A DNA stretch of 64,000 nt from the human T2T-CHM13v2.0 reference genome, Homo sapiens: NCBI RefSeq assembly GCF_009914755.1, contig NC_060938.1; one strand, 5' to 3'. The notes beneath the pieces are model-generated. The model had not been told where the DNA came from, searched no databases, and saw only the letters and a list, made by a program, of their open reading frames with translations. Shown one piece after another: positions 25,694-38,844 of this stretch. Position 1 is the stretch's first letter. Every line of letters starts with the position of its first letter. The position numbers and the translations under genes are program-made.

Positions 25694-27212
25694 ATGAAAA
25701 AGAATCAATGAAAAAATTTTGAAAGCCCAAAAAGCCAGAGTGCCTCTTTCCTCCAAATGATAGCAATGTCTTTCCAGTAAGGGTGCAGAACTAGACAGAG
25801 GATGAGATGGATGAATTGACAGAAGCAGGCTTCCAAAGATGGGTAATAAAAAACTACACTGAGCCAAAGGAGCATTTTCTAACTAATGCAACAAAGCTGA
25901 GAACCTTGATAAACTGTTAGAGGAGCTTCTAACTAGAATAACCAGCTTAGAGAGGAACATAAATGACCTGATGGAGCTGAAAAACACAGCACAAGAACTT
26001 TGTAAAGCATACACAAGCATCAATAGCCAAATTGACCAAGCAGAAGAAAGGATATTAGAGTTTGAAGACCACCTTGCTGAAATAAGGCATGCAGACAAGA
26101 CTACAGGAAAAAATAAAAAGGAATGAACAAACCCTCCAAGAAATATGGGACTTCGTAAAAAGACCAAATATACAATTGGAGTAACCGAAGGAGATGGGGA
26201 GAATGGAAACAAGCTGGAAAACACAGTTCAGGATATTATCCAGGAGAACTTCCCCAACCTAGCAAGACAGGCCAACATGCAAATTCAGGAAATACAGAAA
26301 ACACCACTAAGATACTCCACGAGAAGATCAACCCCAAGACACATAATCATCAGATTCTCCAAGGTCGAAATGAAGGAAAAAATATTAAAAGCAGCCAGAG
26401 AGAAAGGCCAGGTCTGCTGGGGATAGGCCCCCAAATCTGGCCATAAACTGTCCCCCAAACCGGCCATAAACAAAGTCTCTGCAGCACTGTGACATGTTCG
26501 TGATGGCCATGATGCCCACGCTGAAGGTTGTTGGTTTACCAGAACCCCTGGCCCATCCAGGATGGAAAACTGCTTAAAGGGGGTCCTGAACCACAAACAA
26601 TAGCATGAGTGATCTGTGCCTTATGGGCATGCTCCTGCTGCAGATATCTAGCCAGAGCCCATCCCTTTGTTTCGGCCCATCCCTTTGTTTCCCGTAAGGA
26701 ATACTTTTAGTTAATCTATAATCTGTAGAAATAATGCTTATCACTGGCTTGCTGTCAATAAACATGTGGGTAAATCTCTGTTCATGGCTCTCAGCTCTGA
26801 AGGCTGTGAGTCCCCCTGATTTCCCACTTCACATGCTATATTTCTGTGGGTGTATCTTTAATTCCTCTAGCGCCATTGGGTGAGGGTCTCCCCAGCCGAG
26901 CTGGTTTTGGCACAGGTCACCTACAAAGGGAAGCCCATCAAATTAACAGACCTCTCAGCAGAAACTCTACAAGCCAGAGGAGATTAGGGGCCAATATTCA
27001 ACATTCTTAAAGAAAAGAATTTTCAACCCAGAATTTCATATCCAGCCAAACTAAGCTTCATAAGCGAAGGAGAAATAAAATCCTTTCCAGACAAACAAAT
27101 GCTGAGGGATTTTGTTACCACCAGGTCTGCCTTGCAAGAACTCCTGAAAGAAGCACTAAATATGGAAAGGAAAAACCAGTACCAGCCACTGCAAAAACAC
27201 ACCAAAATATAA
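25694..27212 (+). pseudogene. L1 ORF1p remnant, disrupted by stops, frameshifts and MER9
   Basis: ORF 26145-26426 reads IIQENFPNLARQANMQIQEIQKTP...RHIIIRFSKVEMKEKILKAAREKGQV. Confidence 0.9.
26415..26912 (+). mobile_element. MER9 solo LTR (ERVK, HERV-K HML-3)
   Basis: TG...CA, 498 bp, ccaaatctggccataaactg...ccgagctggttttggca; internal AATAAA; perfect 6-bp TSD caggtc at 26409-14 and 26913-18. Confidence 0.92.
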
Positions 27213-27272
27213 AGACCAATGACACTATGAAGAAACTGCATCAACTAGTGTGCAAAATAACCAGATAGCATC

Positions 27273-30200
27273 ATGATGACAGGATCAAATTCACACATAA
27301 CAATACTAACATTACATGTAAATGGGCTAAATGCCCCAATTAAAAGACACAGAATGGCAAATTGGATAAAGAGTCTTCAAGACCCATTGGTGTGCTATAT
27401 TGAAGAGACCCATCTCACATGCAAAGACACACATAGGCTCAAAATAAAGGGATGGAGGGAAATTTTCCAAGCAAATAGAAAGCAAAAAAAGAAGCAGGGG
27501 TTTCAATCCCAGTCTCTGATAAGACAGACTTTAAACCAACAAAGATAAAAAACAGACAAAGAAGGGCACTACATAAGAAGGAACAATTCAACAAGAAGAG
27601 CTATTATATGCATCTAATACAGGAGCACCCAGATTCATAAAACAAGTTCTTAGAGACCTACAAAGAGACTTAGACTCCCACACAATAATAGTGGGAGACT
27701 TGAACACCCCATTGTCAATATTGGACAGATCAACAAGACAGAAAATTAACAAGGATATTCAGGACTTGAATTCGGCTCTGAATCAAGTGGATCTAATAGA
27801 CTTCTACAGAACTCTCCACCCCAAATCAACAGAATATACATTCTTCTCAGTGTCACATGGCACTTATTCTAAAATCGACCACATAATTGGAAGTAAAACA
27901 CTTCTCAGCAAGTACAAAAGAACTGAAATCATAACAAACAGTCTCTCAGACCACAGTGCAATCACATTAGAACTCAGGATTAAGAAATTCACTCAAAACC
28001 ACATAATTACATGGAAATTCAACAACCTGCTCCTGAATGACGCTTGGGTAAATAATGAAATTAAGGCAGAATCAAGAAGTTGTTTGAAACCAATGAGAAC
28101 AAGGAGACAATGTACCAGAATTTCTGGGACACAGCTAGAGCAGTGTTAAGAGGGAAATTTGTAGCACTAAATGCCGACATCAGAAAGCTAGAATGATCTC
28201 AAATCAACACCCTAACATAACAATTAAAAGAGCTAGAGAGGTAAGAGCAAATGAATCCAAAACCTAGCAGAAGACAAGAAATAACTAAAATCAGAGCAGA
28301 GTTGAAGGAGATAGAGACACCAAAAAAATTAACAAAATAGATAGACCCCTAGCTAGACTAATGAAGAAGAAAATAGAAAAGAATCAAATAGACACAATAC
28401 AAAATGACAAAGGGGATATAACCACTGACCCCACAGAAATACAAACTACCTTCAGAGAATGCTATAAAAACACCTCTATGCAAATAAACCAGAAAATCTA
28501 GAAGAAATGGATAAATTCTTGGACACATACACCCTCCCAAGACTAAACCAAGAAGAAGTCGAATCCCTGAATAGACCAATAACAAGTTCTCAAATTGAGG
28601 CAGTAATAGCCTACCAAGAAAATATAGCCCTGGACAGAAGGATTCACAGCCAAATTCTACCAGAGGTTCAAAGAGGAGCTGGTACCATTCCTTCTGAAAC
28701 TATTTCAAACAATTGAAAAGGAAGGACTCCTCCCTAACTCATTTTATGGAACTAGCATCATCCTGATACCAAAACCAGGAAGAAATATACACACAAAAAA
28801 GAAAACTTCAGGCCAATATTCCTGATGAACATCAACGCAAATATCTTCAATAAAATACTGGCAAACTGAATCCAGGAGCACATCAAAAAACTTATCCACC
28901 ACAATCACATTGGCTTCATCCCTGGGATGCAAGGCTGGTTCAACATATGCAAATCAATAAACATAGTCCATCACATAAACAGAACCAGAGACAAAAACCA
29001 TATGATTATCTCAATAGATACAGAAAAGACCTTTGATAAAATTCAAAGTCCCTTCATGTTAAAAACTCTCAGTAAACTAGGTATTGATGGAACATATCTC
29101 AAAATAATAAGAGATATTTATGACAAACCCACAGCCAATATAATATTGAATGAGCAAAAGCTGGAGGCATTCCCTTTGAAAACTGGTACAAGACAAATAT
29201 GCCCTTTATCACCACTCCTATTCAACATAGTATTGGAAGTTTTGGCCAGGACAATCAGGCAAGAGAAAGAAATAAAGCATATTCAATTAGGAAGAAAGGA
29301 AGTCAAATGTTCTCTGTTTGCAGATGACATGATTTTATGTCTAGAAAATCCCATCATCTCAGTCCAAAAACTCCTTAAACTGATAAGCAACTTCAGCAAA
29401 GTCTCAGGATACAAAACCAATGTGCAAAAATCTCAAGCATTTTTATACACCAACAAAGACAAGCAGAGAGCCAAATCATGAATGAACTCCCATTCACAAT
29501 TGCTACAAAGAAAATAAAATACCTAGGAATACAGCTAACAAGGGAAGTGAAGGACCTTTTCAAGGAGAAATACAAGTTACTGCTCAAGGAAATAAGAGAG
29601 GATACAAACAAATGGAAAAATATTTTATCCTCATGGATAAGAAAAATCAATATCGTGAAAATGGCCATACTGCCCAAAGTAATTTATAGATTCAATGCTA
29701 TTCCCATCAAACTACCATTGACATTCTTCACAGAATTAGAAAAAAACTGTTTTAAATTTCATATGGAATCAAAGAAGACCCCATATAGCCAAGACAATCC
29801 TGAGCAAAAAGAACAAAGCTGGAGGCATCACTCTGCCTGACTTAAAACTATACTACAAGGCTACAGTAACCAAAACAGCATGGTACTGGTACCAAAACAG
29901 CATGGTACTGGTACCAAAACAGAAAGATAGACCAATGGAACAGATCAGAGACCTCAGAAATAATACCACACATCTACAACCATCTGATTTTTGACAAACC
30001 TGACAAAAACAAGCAATGGGGAAAGGATCTCCTATTCAATAAATGGTGCTGAGAAAACTGGTTAGCCATATGCAGAAAGCTGAAACTGGACCCCTTCCTT
30101 ACACATTATACAAAAATTAACTCAAGATATATTAAAGATGTAAATGTAAAACCCAAAACCATAAAAACCCTAGAAGAAAATCTAGGCAATACCATTCAGG

Positions 30201-31022
30201 ACATAGGCATGGGCAAAGACTTCATGATGAAAATGCCAAAAGCAATTGCAACAGAAGCCAAAATTGACAAATGGGATCTAATTAAACTAAAGTGCTTCTG
30301 CACAGCAAAAGAAACTATCATCAGAGTGAACAGTCAACCTACAGAATGGGAGAAAATTTTTGCAATCTACCCATCTGACATAGGTCTAATATATAGAATT
30401 TAAAAGGAACTTAAACACATTTACAAGGAAAAAAAAACCCCATCAAAAAGTGGGCAAAGGATATGAACAGACACTTCTAAAAGAAGACATTTATGTGGCC
30501 AACAAACATATGAAAAAAACCTCAACATCACTGATCATTAGAGAAATGCAAATCAAAACCACAATGAAATACCATCTCAGGCCAGTCAGAATGGCGGTTA
30601 TTAAAAAGTCAAGAAACAATAGATGCTGGTGAGGCTGTGGAGAAATGGGAATGCTTTTACACTGTTGGTGGGAATGTAAATTAGTTCAAACATTGTGGAA
30701 GACAGTATGGCAATTCCTCAAGGATCTGGAACCAGAAATACCACTTGACCCAGCAATCCCATTACTGGTTCTATACCCAAAGGAATATAAACCATTTTAC
30801 TATAAAGACACATGCACATGTATGTTTACTGCAGCACTATTTACAATAGCAAAGATATGGAACCAACCCAAATGCTCATCAATGATAGACTGGACAAAGA
30901 AAATGTGGTACATATATACTATGGAATACTACATAGCCATAAAAAGGAATGAGATCATGTCCTTTGCAGGGACGTGGATAAAGCTGGAAGCCATCATTCT
31001 CAGCAAACTAACACAGGAATAG
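27273..31022 (+). pseudogene. L1 ORF2p (endonuclease/reverse transcriptase) remnant, fragmented
   Basis: MTGSNSHITILTLHVNGLNAPIKR, GDLNTPLS, SDHSAI, LFADDMI and [10 protein letters not shown] motifs spread across several frames. Confidence 0.95.
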
Positions 31023-31250
31023 AAAACCAAACTCATGTTCTAACTCATAGGTGGGAGTTGAACAATGAGAACACATGGACACAGGTAGGGTACAACACAT
31101 ACCAGGGCCTGTTACAGGTAGAGGGCGAGGGGAGGGAACTTAGAGGATGGGTCAATAGGTGCAGCAGACCACCATGGCACACGTATACCTATGTAACAAA
31201 CCTGCACATTCTGCACATGTATCCCGAAACTTAAAGTAAAATTAAAAAAA

Positions 31251-31360
31251 GAAACATCCTTAAAAAAGTAACACATTTGTTTATATGTTTGTGTTTGCAT
31301 ATATATATATATATATATGTCTGCAAATGAGAAGGAATAAAAAAATCACTTCACTGAGAA
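31251..31360 (+). other. L1 3'-transduced segment with (AT)n, AATAAA and second A tail
   Basis: Non-L1 sequence between the L1 tail (~31250) and the 3' TSD; AATAAA 31336-41, A run from 31359. Confidence 0.75.
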
Positions 31361-33159
31361 AAAAAAAACAGAGATGATACAAACAAATAGAAAAACATTC
31401 CATGCTCATGGATAAGAAGAATCAATATCATTGAAATGGCCATACTGCTCAAAGCAATTTATAGACTCAGTGCTATTCCTATCAAGCTACCAATGACATT
31501 TCTCACATAATTAGAAAAAAACTATTTTAAAAATCACATGGAACCCAAAAGAAAATCCCAAATAGCCAAGGCTATAACAAAGCTGGAGGCATCATGCCAC
31601 CCTACTTCAACTATACTACAGGGCTACAGTAACCAAAACAACATGATACTGGTATGAAAACAAACACACAGACGAATGGAACACAATAGAGAGCCCAGAT
31701 ATAAAGCTGCACACCTGCAATTATTAGATCTTCGACAAACTGGACACAAACAAGAAATGGGGAAAGGACTCCCTTTTCAATAAATGGTGCTGGGAATACC
31801 AGCTATCCATATGCAGAAGATTGAAACTGGACCCCTTCCTTATACCATATACAAAAAAACTCAAGGTGGTTTAAAGACTTAAATGTAAAATATAAAACTA
31901 TAAGAACCCTGGAAGATAACCTAGGAAATATCATTCTGGACATAGGTCCTGGCAAAGATTTTGTAACAATGATACCTAAAGCAACTGCAATAAAAATAAA
32001 AATCAACAAATGGGACCTAATTAAACTAGAGAGTTTCTGCACAGCAAAATAAGCTATCAACAGAATAAACAGACAACTTACAGAACGGGAGAAAATATTT
32101 TCAAGCCATGTATCCAACAAAGGTCTAGTATCCAGAATGTATAAAGAACTTAAACAAATTTACATGAAAAACAAACAACCCCATTAAAAAGTGGGCAAAG
32201 GACATGAACAGACACTTTTGAAAAGAAGACATATACATGGCCAACAGGCATATGAAAAAATGCTCAGCATCACTAATCATCAGAAAAATGCAAATCAAAA
32301 CCACAATGAGACACCATCTCACACCAGTCACAATGACTGTTATTAAAAAGCCAAACAATAACAGATGCTGGTATGGTTGTGGAGAAAAGGGAACACTTAA
32401 ACACTGCTGGTACAAATATAAATTAGTTCAGCCATTGTGGAAAGCAGTGTGGTGATTTCTGAAAGAACTTAAAACAGAATTACCATTTGACCCAGCAATT
32501 CCATTACTGGGTATATACCCAAAGGAATATAAATTGTTCTACCATAAAGACACATGCATGCATATGTTCATCACAGCACTATTCACAATAGCAAAGATAT
32601 GGAATCAACCTAAATGCCCATCAGTGGTAGACTGGATGAAGAAAATGGGGTACATAAATACCATGGAATACTATGTAGCCATAAAAAATGAGATCATGTC
32701 CTTTGCAGCAACATGGATGGAGCCAGAGGCCATTATCCTAAGTGAATTCATGCAGGAACAGAAAACCAAGTACCACATCTTCTCACTTATAAGTGGGAGC
32801 TACACTGAGTATACATGGACACAAAGAAGAGAACAACAGATACTGGGGCCTACGTGAGAGTGGAGGGTGTAAGAAGTGAGAAGATTGAAAACTTCTTACT
32901 GGGTACTATGCTTATTATTTGAGTGATGAAATAATCCTTCCACCAAACCTCCGTGACATGCAGCTTACCTGTAAAACAAACCTGCACATGTACCCCTGAA
33001 CCTAAAATAAAAGTTAAAAAAAAAGCGACAACTAAGCTCTATGTGACTCAAGGGCAAGAAATGTGTCTAATATTTTCTTGCTGTTTCCACTGGGCCAGAA
33101 GCATGCTCACATTAAGAGCTCCTTGTATGGCTACTACCTAGTTCCATTGAGAAGGACTG

Positions 33160-33350
33160 GGTATCAGGCAAAGAGCACGGAGGTGGGAAACAGAAGAGCT
33201 GGTCCAGTTCTGGCTCTGCTCTATGACCCCGAGCAAGCCCCTCTGCCTCGCTGAGCCCCATGTATCACATATGTGAAAGGACACCACCACCACTCTGCAC
33301 AATGCTGTGTGAGGTCAGATAAATAATGTGCACTGAAGTCCTGAATACAC
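33160..33350 (+). mobile_element. MIR
   Basis: aaagagcac...ctggctctgct...tgagccc...gtgaggtcagataaataatg. Confidence 0.6.
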
Positions 33351-34982
33351 TAAGCTTAAAGCCCTGGTCACAGGAAAGGTGTTTCTGCTCTGTCTTTCCC
33401 TCTCTCCCCACACAGGCCACTGAAGACACATTTTAGAAAAAATCCTGGAACTGATGAGTCAGCACTTTCCAATCACTGGGGACAGGTCTAAAATTTCAAG
33501 GCTGTTAGTACAGACAACTGAGAGAAACACAGAGAGGACTTTTTCAGTCTGGAAGATAGGCAGGAGGGTACTTAAAAGAGAAAGTCAGAAGCCCAGAAAC
33601 AAAATGTATCCCCAAGCCCAGGGTCATTCAGTTCCTTCTGCAGAGGCCCAGGGTTAGAATTAAGTGGGCAGCAATTTAGTGGCAACAAGAGACATAAAGG
33701 AGACATTTGCAGGTTTTTACTTTTCCTGCAACCAGATATTTCAGAAATAAGGCCTCATCTGGGGTCTCCCTAAAGTTAATGAGACTGAGCTGACAGTTCA
33801 TTGACTTGCTTCACGGAATTTATTTTATGAGAGTCTCTAATCCACATGGCTCCTCTTTGCTTTGGGACTCAACCAAAATAAACTCCAGAAATCCCACTAG
33901 CTTATTTATACTTACCAGGTCACTTCATACGCCGTGTGCATTCAATCAACATAATTATTATTTAATTCTGAGAGAGAAAACACGATTTTAGTGACTAATT
34001 TAATTCAGCTGAGCACACACATGCATGCACATTTGTGTGTGTATGGCTAAGCGCTCAAGTTACAGTTATATAATAAACTTTCCACAGGCACTGGGCTTCC
34101 TGTTCAACTTCCTATCATCCAGATTAATTTTATAGGGGAGGGCTCTGAAACTAAAAAGCAAAGATTTCCCAACTGGCCCAGAAGAGGAAGAGAAAAATCT
34201 TGGACCACTGCCCTTTTCCAAGACAGTGCCCCTAGGCAAGGGCCAGACCTTCCAGGGGATGGCTGCAAGTCACACTCAGGGAAAGAGACACTAGCACTGA
34301 GTTTCTGGCCACAGTGAAGATTTCAATGCCCAACTGTGGTGTGGGAGCTGTGGAGAATGAGCCTGAAGAAACCATGGAGATCTCAGAATTAACCACTCAT
34401 GGGGACAGAGATGGCTAGTGACCAGTACCATTCCCTGCACCCTATCTCACTTGGGACATAGTGCCTCAAGAATGACTGAGTTAAATTTCCTCCTGCCTCA
34501 GTGAAATGGGGACTCAGAATAAAATTAGGTAGAGTTAGAGAGTAAAAAAAGTATTATCTATTCATCCTGAGCTTATGGGTAAGACTCATATCTATTCCAA
34601 TGAGAAAATGATGTATTACCTAAATAAACAGAGCCAGTTTGCTAGATTAAATCTTTTCAAAACTTAGTGTCCTTGGAGAAAAACCGAAGTGGTTGGTTGA
34701 GGGTGGGGTGGGGTGGGGGTAATGGGGATTCCTTGGCAGTGAAGACATTGGAAATGGAGTTTCTGACATAATCCCCAAGCACTCAGCACTTGCTCCTCAG
34801 TTGTCTTTTCCTGGATACAGAAAATAACTTGCCTTGGTGTGCTACTCTTAGGCTTTAGGGGGCAATGCTGATTTTCTTTGCTTCAGACTAGTTTTTTCAT
34901 TGCCTCAGTTACTTTATCACCTCCCCAGGAAAGCAGTCTCAAAAGAACACGTCCAACTAGAAAGGCAGCATAGATGGGTTGG

Positions 34983-35620
34983 TGTGTTTAGCCGGGTTCT
35001 TTGGGCTGCAAAGAACAGAGACCCTTGCCGGTTCGTTCACACTGTGGGAGTCTCTCATGAAGTTACACATGGAAGCAAGGGTATGCCATGAAGCCGAGAA
35101 ACAGCTGCATACCAGACCTCAAGGGAAGCACCAGAGCACCTCAGACATTCTCTCAGTTGCAGAATGTTATTAATCTGCAATTTGAACTCCACCATTAACA
35201 TTGACTCAGTTCGTCTCTGTCTTTGCTTCTGCCACCCCGTCTCCACAATCCATGCCAGCCTCTACTCTAGTGACTTTGCTCTATCTTGAAATGTGTATGC
35301 TCATGGTAATGATGTCTCCTGGACTCTTCCATATTTTATCTGTGTATTACCTTCTCAGACTGTGCTGTCCCACTTCTGTTACTCCTACAAACTCATCAAC
35401 TGCCTTCCTCTAATTCCAGTTCAAATTTCTGAGGAAGTTTCATGATGTTCCTATTTGGCAGAGTTTCCATGCTGCATGCTATCACAGGCTGCCGTTCATC
35501 AGGCTATGGATTTGCTAATCTATACATCAGACACCTTCTACAGGTCTGATTTGTTTAAGATATAGAAGTGAGGCACTAATGTGTAACTTGACCATTACTT
35601 CCATCATGAGAAGCCAGTGC
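34983..35620 (-). mobile_element. Ancient ERVL/MaLR-like LTR (LTR33/MLT1-like), boundaries uncertain
   Basis: Start tgtgtttagccgggttctttgggctgcaaagaacagagaccc is typical of these LTR ends. Confidence 0.35.
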
Positions 35621-35841
35621 ACAGGAATCCCTTAGTATGAGGCTGCAGTCAAGGCAGACTTTTCAAAACTTAGCCTATCTATCCTGAAAAATTAGGAGGT
35701 AAGAGCTCAGCTGTCAGTTACCTGAGCATACTTCTGCATATTTCTTGGGTCATAGTAAATAATTTAAAATCCTATTTTACAGAATCTCATTATCTCCATG
35801 TTAAGAAAGAATATAACTACAGGCATTTGACCCAATTTCTA

Positions 35842-35931
35842 CTCTCTCTCTGTATATCTATCTATATACAGATAGATATAGATATAGATATAGATATAGA
35901 TATAGATATAGATAGATATACAGAAAGAGAG
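35842..35931. repeat. (TAGATA)n microsatellite inside a 26-bp inverted repeat
   Basis: Directly visible; occupies the tail position of the adjacent Alu monomer. Confidence 0.9.
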
Positions 35932-36079
35932 AGAGACAGGGTCTCACTTTGTCATCCATCCTGGAGTGCGGTGGAGCAATTATAGAACACTGCAGCCTTG
36001 AATTTCTGAGCTCAAGTGATCCTCTTGCCTCAGCCTCCCAAAGTGCTGGGATTACAGGCAGGAGCCACCAGGCCGGGCC
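35932..36079 (-). mobile_element. Alu monomer (FRAM/AluJ-like)
   Basis: gagacagggtctcactttgtc...cctcccaaagtgctgggattacaggc, ~150 bp. Confidence 0.85.
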
Positions 36080-38844
36080 CGATTTCCACTATAAAGTGAA
36101 AAGTGAACTTAGATGCCTGACAAGAATTCCAATTTAAAGGGCCTCCTACTTAAAGCATCAGACTTAGCAGGTTTCTCAATGTCAGCAGGAGAGAGCAGTA
36201 ATTCTCCCTGAATAGGGAACTATCTTTCTTCATAACGAGAGGTTCATGTCTCTAGATCAGTTCAGAAGAAAGCCTGCCAGAGAAGGACTGCCTTTGCCAC
36301 TCATTTAGTTCTACTGTCTCATAGGGCATCAAGCAGAGCACTGACATGAGTCTGAAACTGTTACCTGCCTTGTACAAGACATGTTCCCAGGAGCAAACAT
36401 CCTCTTTCATCTGAATCTCAGGTGATGGCTTGGCAGAGAGAGTTGCCGTGGTCACAGAGGCCCAGATAGTGCTGCTGTGGCCTTGCTGGTCCTGTGGATG
36501 GGACCACTGGCTCCAGTCTCATCTCCCTGGCAAGTGCCACTTGAGTTGGGCTTGAGGAGGCTGCTGTCAAATGGACCAGCAGAATAAGTGCATTTGTGCT
36601 CAGTGGTGCATCTGGAAATTGGCCCTCTTTGGTTTTTAACGGGACATTTCTCCAGCAGTTTTATCATTATCATAGACAATTAGGGCGGCTGGAAACATGG
36701 AATATTTGCACTCTTCACTCTACTCGGGCCTCAAGCACTAAAAACATTAAGTAAGTGCCCTAGAGAGCCTGTCCCCTTTAAAGAAAATGTTTAGCAATTG
36801 AAAAGCACTGTATGTCTGTACTCATTAATTTTCAAATATAGCCCAGTCAATATTCTTAGCAATAATCATGACTATTTACTGCTTAGTGATGAGCTGGAGA
36901 AATGACAACAATCTTCCTTTTACCGTCTTCTATTTTCTATCAGGAATAAATAGTAGCACTCAACTATTCACAATATCTACCAGCTGCCAGTATAATTTTA
37001 AATAACATATATAAACACCTAGTTTTGGTTCCATCAACTTTTGGCAGTATTACTTAACTACCACCTACCACTATAAATTGAGGATCTGACTGTCCCTAAC
37101 TTACTGTTCTCATTTATCTTCTTTCCTTATCCATACTTCTGTTGTATATTTTCTTTTACATGACTGAGGACAATAACATTTAAGTACAATTCCATAAGCT
37201 TAATTAAATCTTCCACACTTCCTTTCTAGATTGAGTCTCAACACTAACAAGCCAATAAACACCTTTTACATGGCAATTACTACATAAATATGGTTTATCA
37301 CAGAGCCAATTGGTATCATATAATTACTCTTCTTTCTCTACAAGTAAAATATTTTAACCCCTGGGACATTTGGAGAAAAACGTTGGTAGAGTCAAGATCA
37401 AATAAATTCCCTGTCCTTACACTCAACCCATTCCCCAGTCATATCACAATGTAATGAATTTTCTGTGTGACCCATGACTTTGTTCTATTTGGTTTTTCCA
37501 AGATTTCAAATTGCCTTTTTTCTTGTTTAATGAAGATTAATAAGCTATTAGAGTATCCTCAATTTCTCCCTGCCTTTCAATGATAGTCTTGCACAGAACC
37601 CTCGTTTCACTCAGACAACCTCCAACAGCTCTCCAATTCTTCCCTCCTTGTAAACTAACTGTTCTCCAGGCCCAATGCACAGCTGCCATGCTGGAACTTT
37701 CCTTCAGCACACTGTCAGGTTAGAAACCACTCTGTCCTTAATCGTGGCTTTCTTTACCCTCTGAGTCCCTGAATGCCTAAAACTGTATTAGCCACCCCCC
37801 CACCCCCCTCCCACCCCCCCACTTGAGTAACAGTTCCGCAGGATACAGAATTCTAGGTCAAATTAAATTCAAGTCAAAATAATTTTCCCTTAGAATTTTA
37901 TGGCATTGCTCCACAACTTTTAGTATCCAGAGTTGCTGATGCCAGATTTTTGGTTACAATGTAGGCTACTTGATGTGTTAGTTTGTCTCACTCTGAAACC
38001 TTTCGAGTCTTCTTTTTATTTTCACCTTTCTGAGATTGATGAAATTATTCTTACACATGGATCAATTTCCCTTTCATACGGCAAAGCACTTGATGAGCCC
38101 CATGAAACTGAAAACTTGTGCCTTTCGTTAACTCTTGGAAATTTTACTCACAATTACAAAATATTCTACCCTATATCACATAGTCTAAATTCTGAAACTA
38201 CTATTACTCGTATGTTGAACCCTGGATTGATCTTTTGCTTATATTTTTTTCTTATGTTTTCTATTTATCTTCTAGTTCTATAGCTTGGAAGATTGCTTTC
38301 ACTTTATTACCAAACCTTGCTGTTGATTTTTAAATATTTTAACAGAATTTTTTAATTTCAAGGGTTAATCTTTGACTATTCCTTTTTTATATTGTTGTAT
38401 TCCTGTCTTGACAACATATTCTCACTTCTCTTTGAGAATATAATTAGATTTTTAAAAAGTTATCTTCTGTTTCCCTAAATAGCTCTGGTTCCTCCAGGGT
38501 CAGTTTTATTTATTTGGTCATTCTTTACATATTAGTCTTCTTCCTTATATGTTGTTTATGTATATTCAAGAATGAGGGACAAGGCTGATTATTTTAGGTA
38601 GCTGGTATGGTTTCCTTCTCCTGCTTTATAGAAACTCTATAATTATTTTCCCTAACAGTCCTCTGCCCTGGTAAGGCTTATTGTAACCTTTGTGTATCTG
38701 AATGGGAAATAGCCAATGGCAGGCTTTGCTTCAGGATGATGAGTGAGAAACAATCTACCCAAATTCCAGAAGAAAAAAATGTTTTATTCTGGAGGAAGTA
38801 ATAGCCACCTGGAAGTCTCAGTCTCTGAAGATTGTTCTCTTTCT

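Larger units (their letters stand above)
24368..31250 (+). mobile_element. Full-length L1PA8-like element (inactive)
   Basis: 5' ggggatggggccaagatggc; ORF1 and ORF2 remnants; 3' UTR gggagggaacttagaggatgggtcaataggtgcagc...atcccgaaacttaaagtaaaatt; TSD aaa(g/a)aaaacagaga at 24354-24367 and 31361-31374. Confidence 0.92.
21809..33024 (+). mobile_element. Outer old primate L1 (L1PA15/16-like): 5' UTR 21809-~23282 fused to mid-ORF2, interrupted at 24368-31360, 3' end ~33024
   Basis: Starts gggcaagatggcc; RT-like ORF 23590-23808 ([11 protein letters not shown]); ORF2 resumes at 31375; 3' end cctgcacatgtacccctgaacctaaaataaaagtt plus A tail. Confidence 0.85.

Noticed and set aside
26657-26691. gcccatccctttgtttc duplication
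   Set aside because: Internal to MER9 and, as I recall, a subfamily feature rather than locus-specific.
27273-31022. Possible active L1
   Set aside because: ORF2 is broken into many frames and ORF1 is interrupted by stops and an LTR.
34150-34600. Possible very old Gypsy/ERVL-like LTR relics here and at ~4130-4480, ~7340-7790 and ~14340-14720; also faint hAT-like pieces at ~9350, ~10820, ~11500 and ~63620
   Set aside because: Too degenerate to name or bound without a Dfam search.
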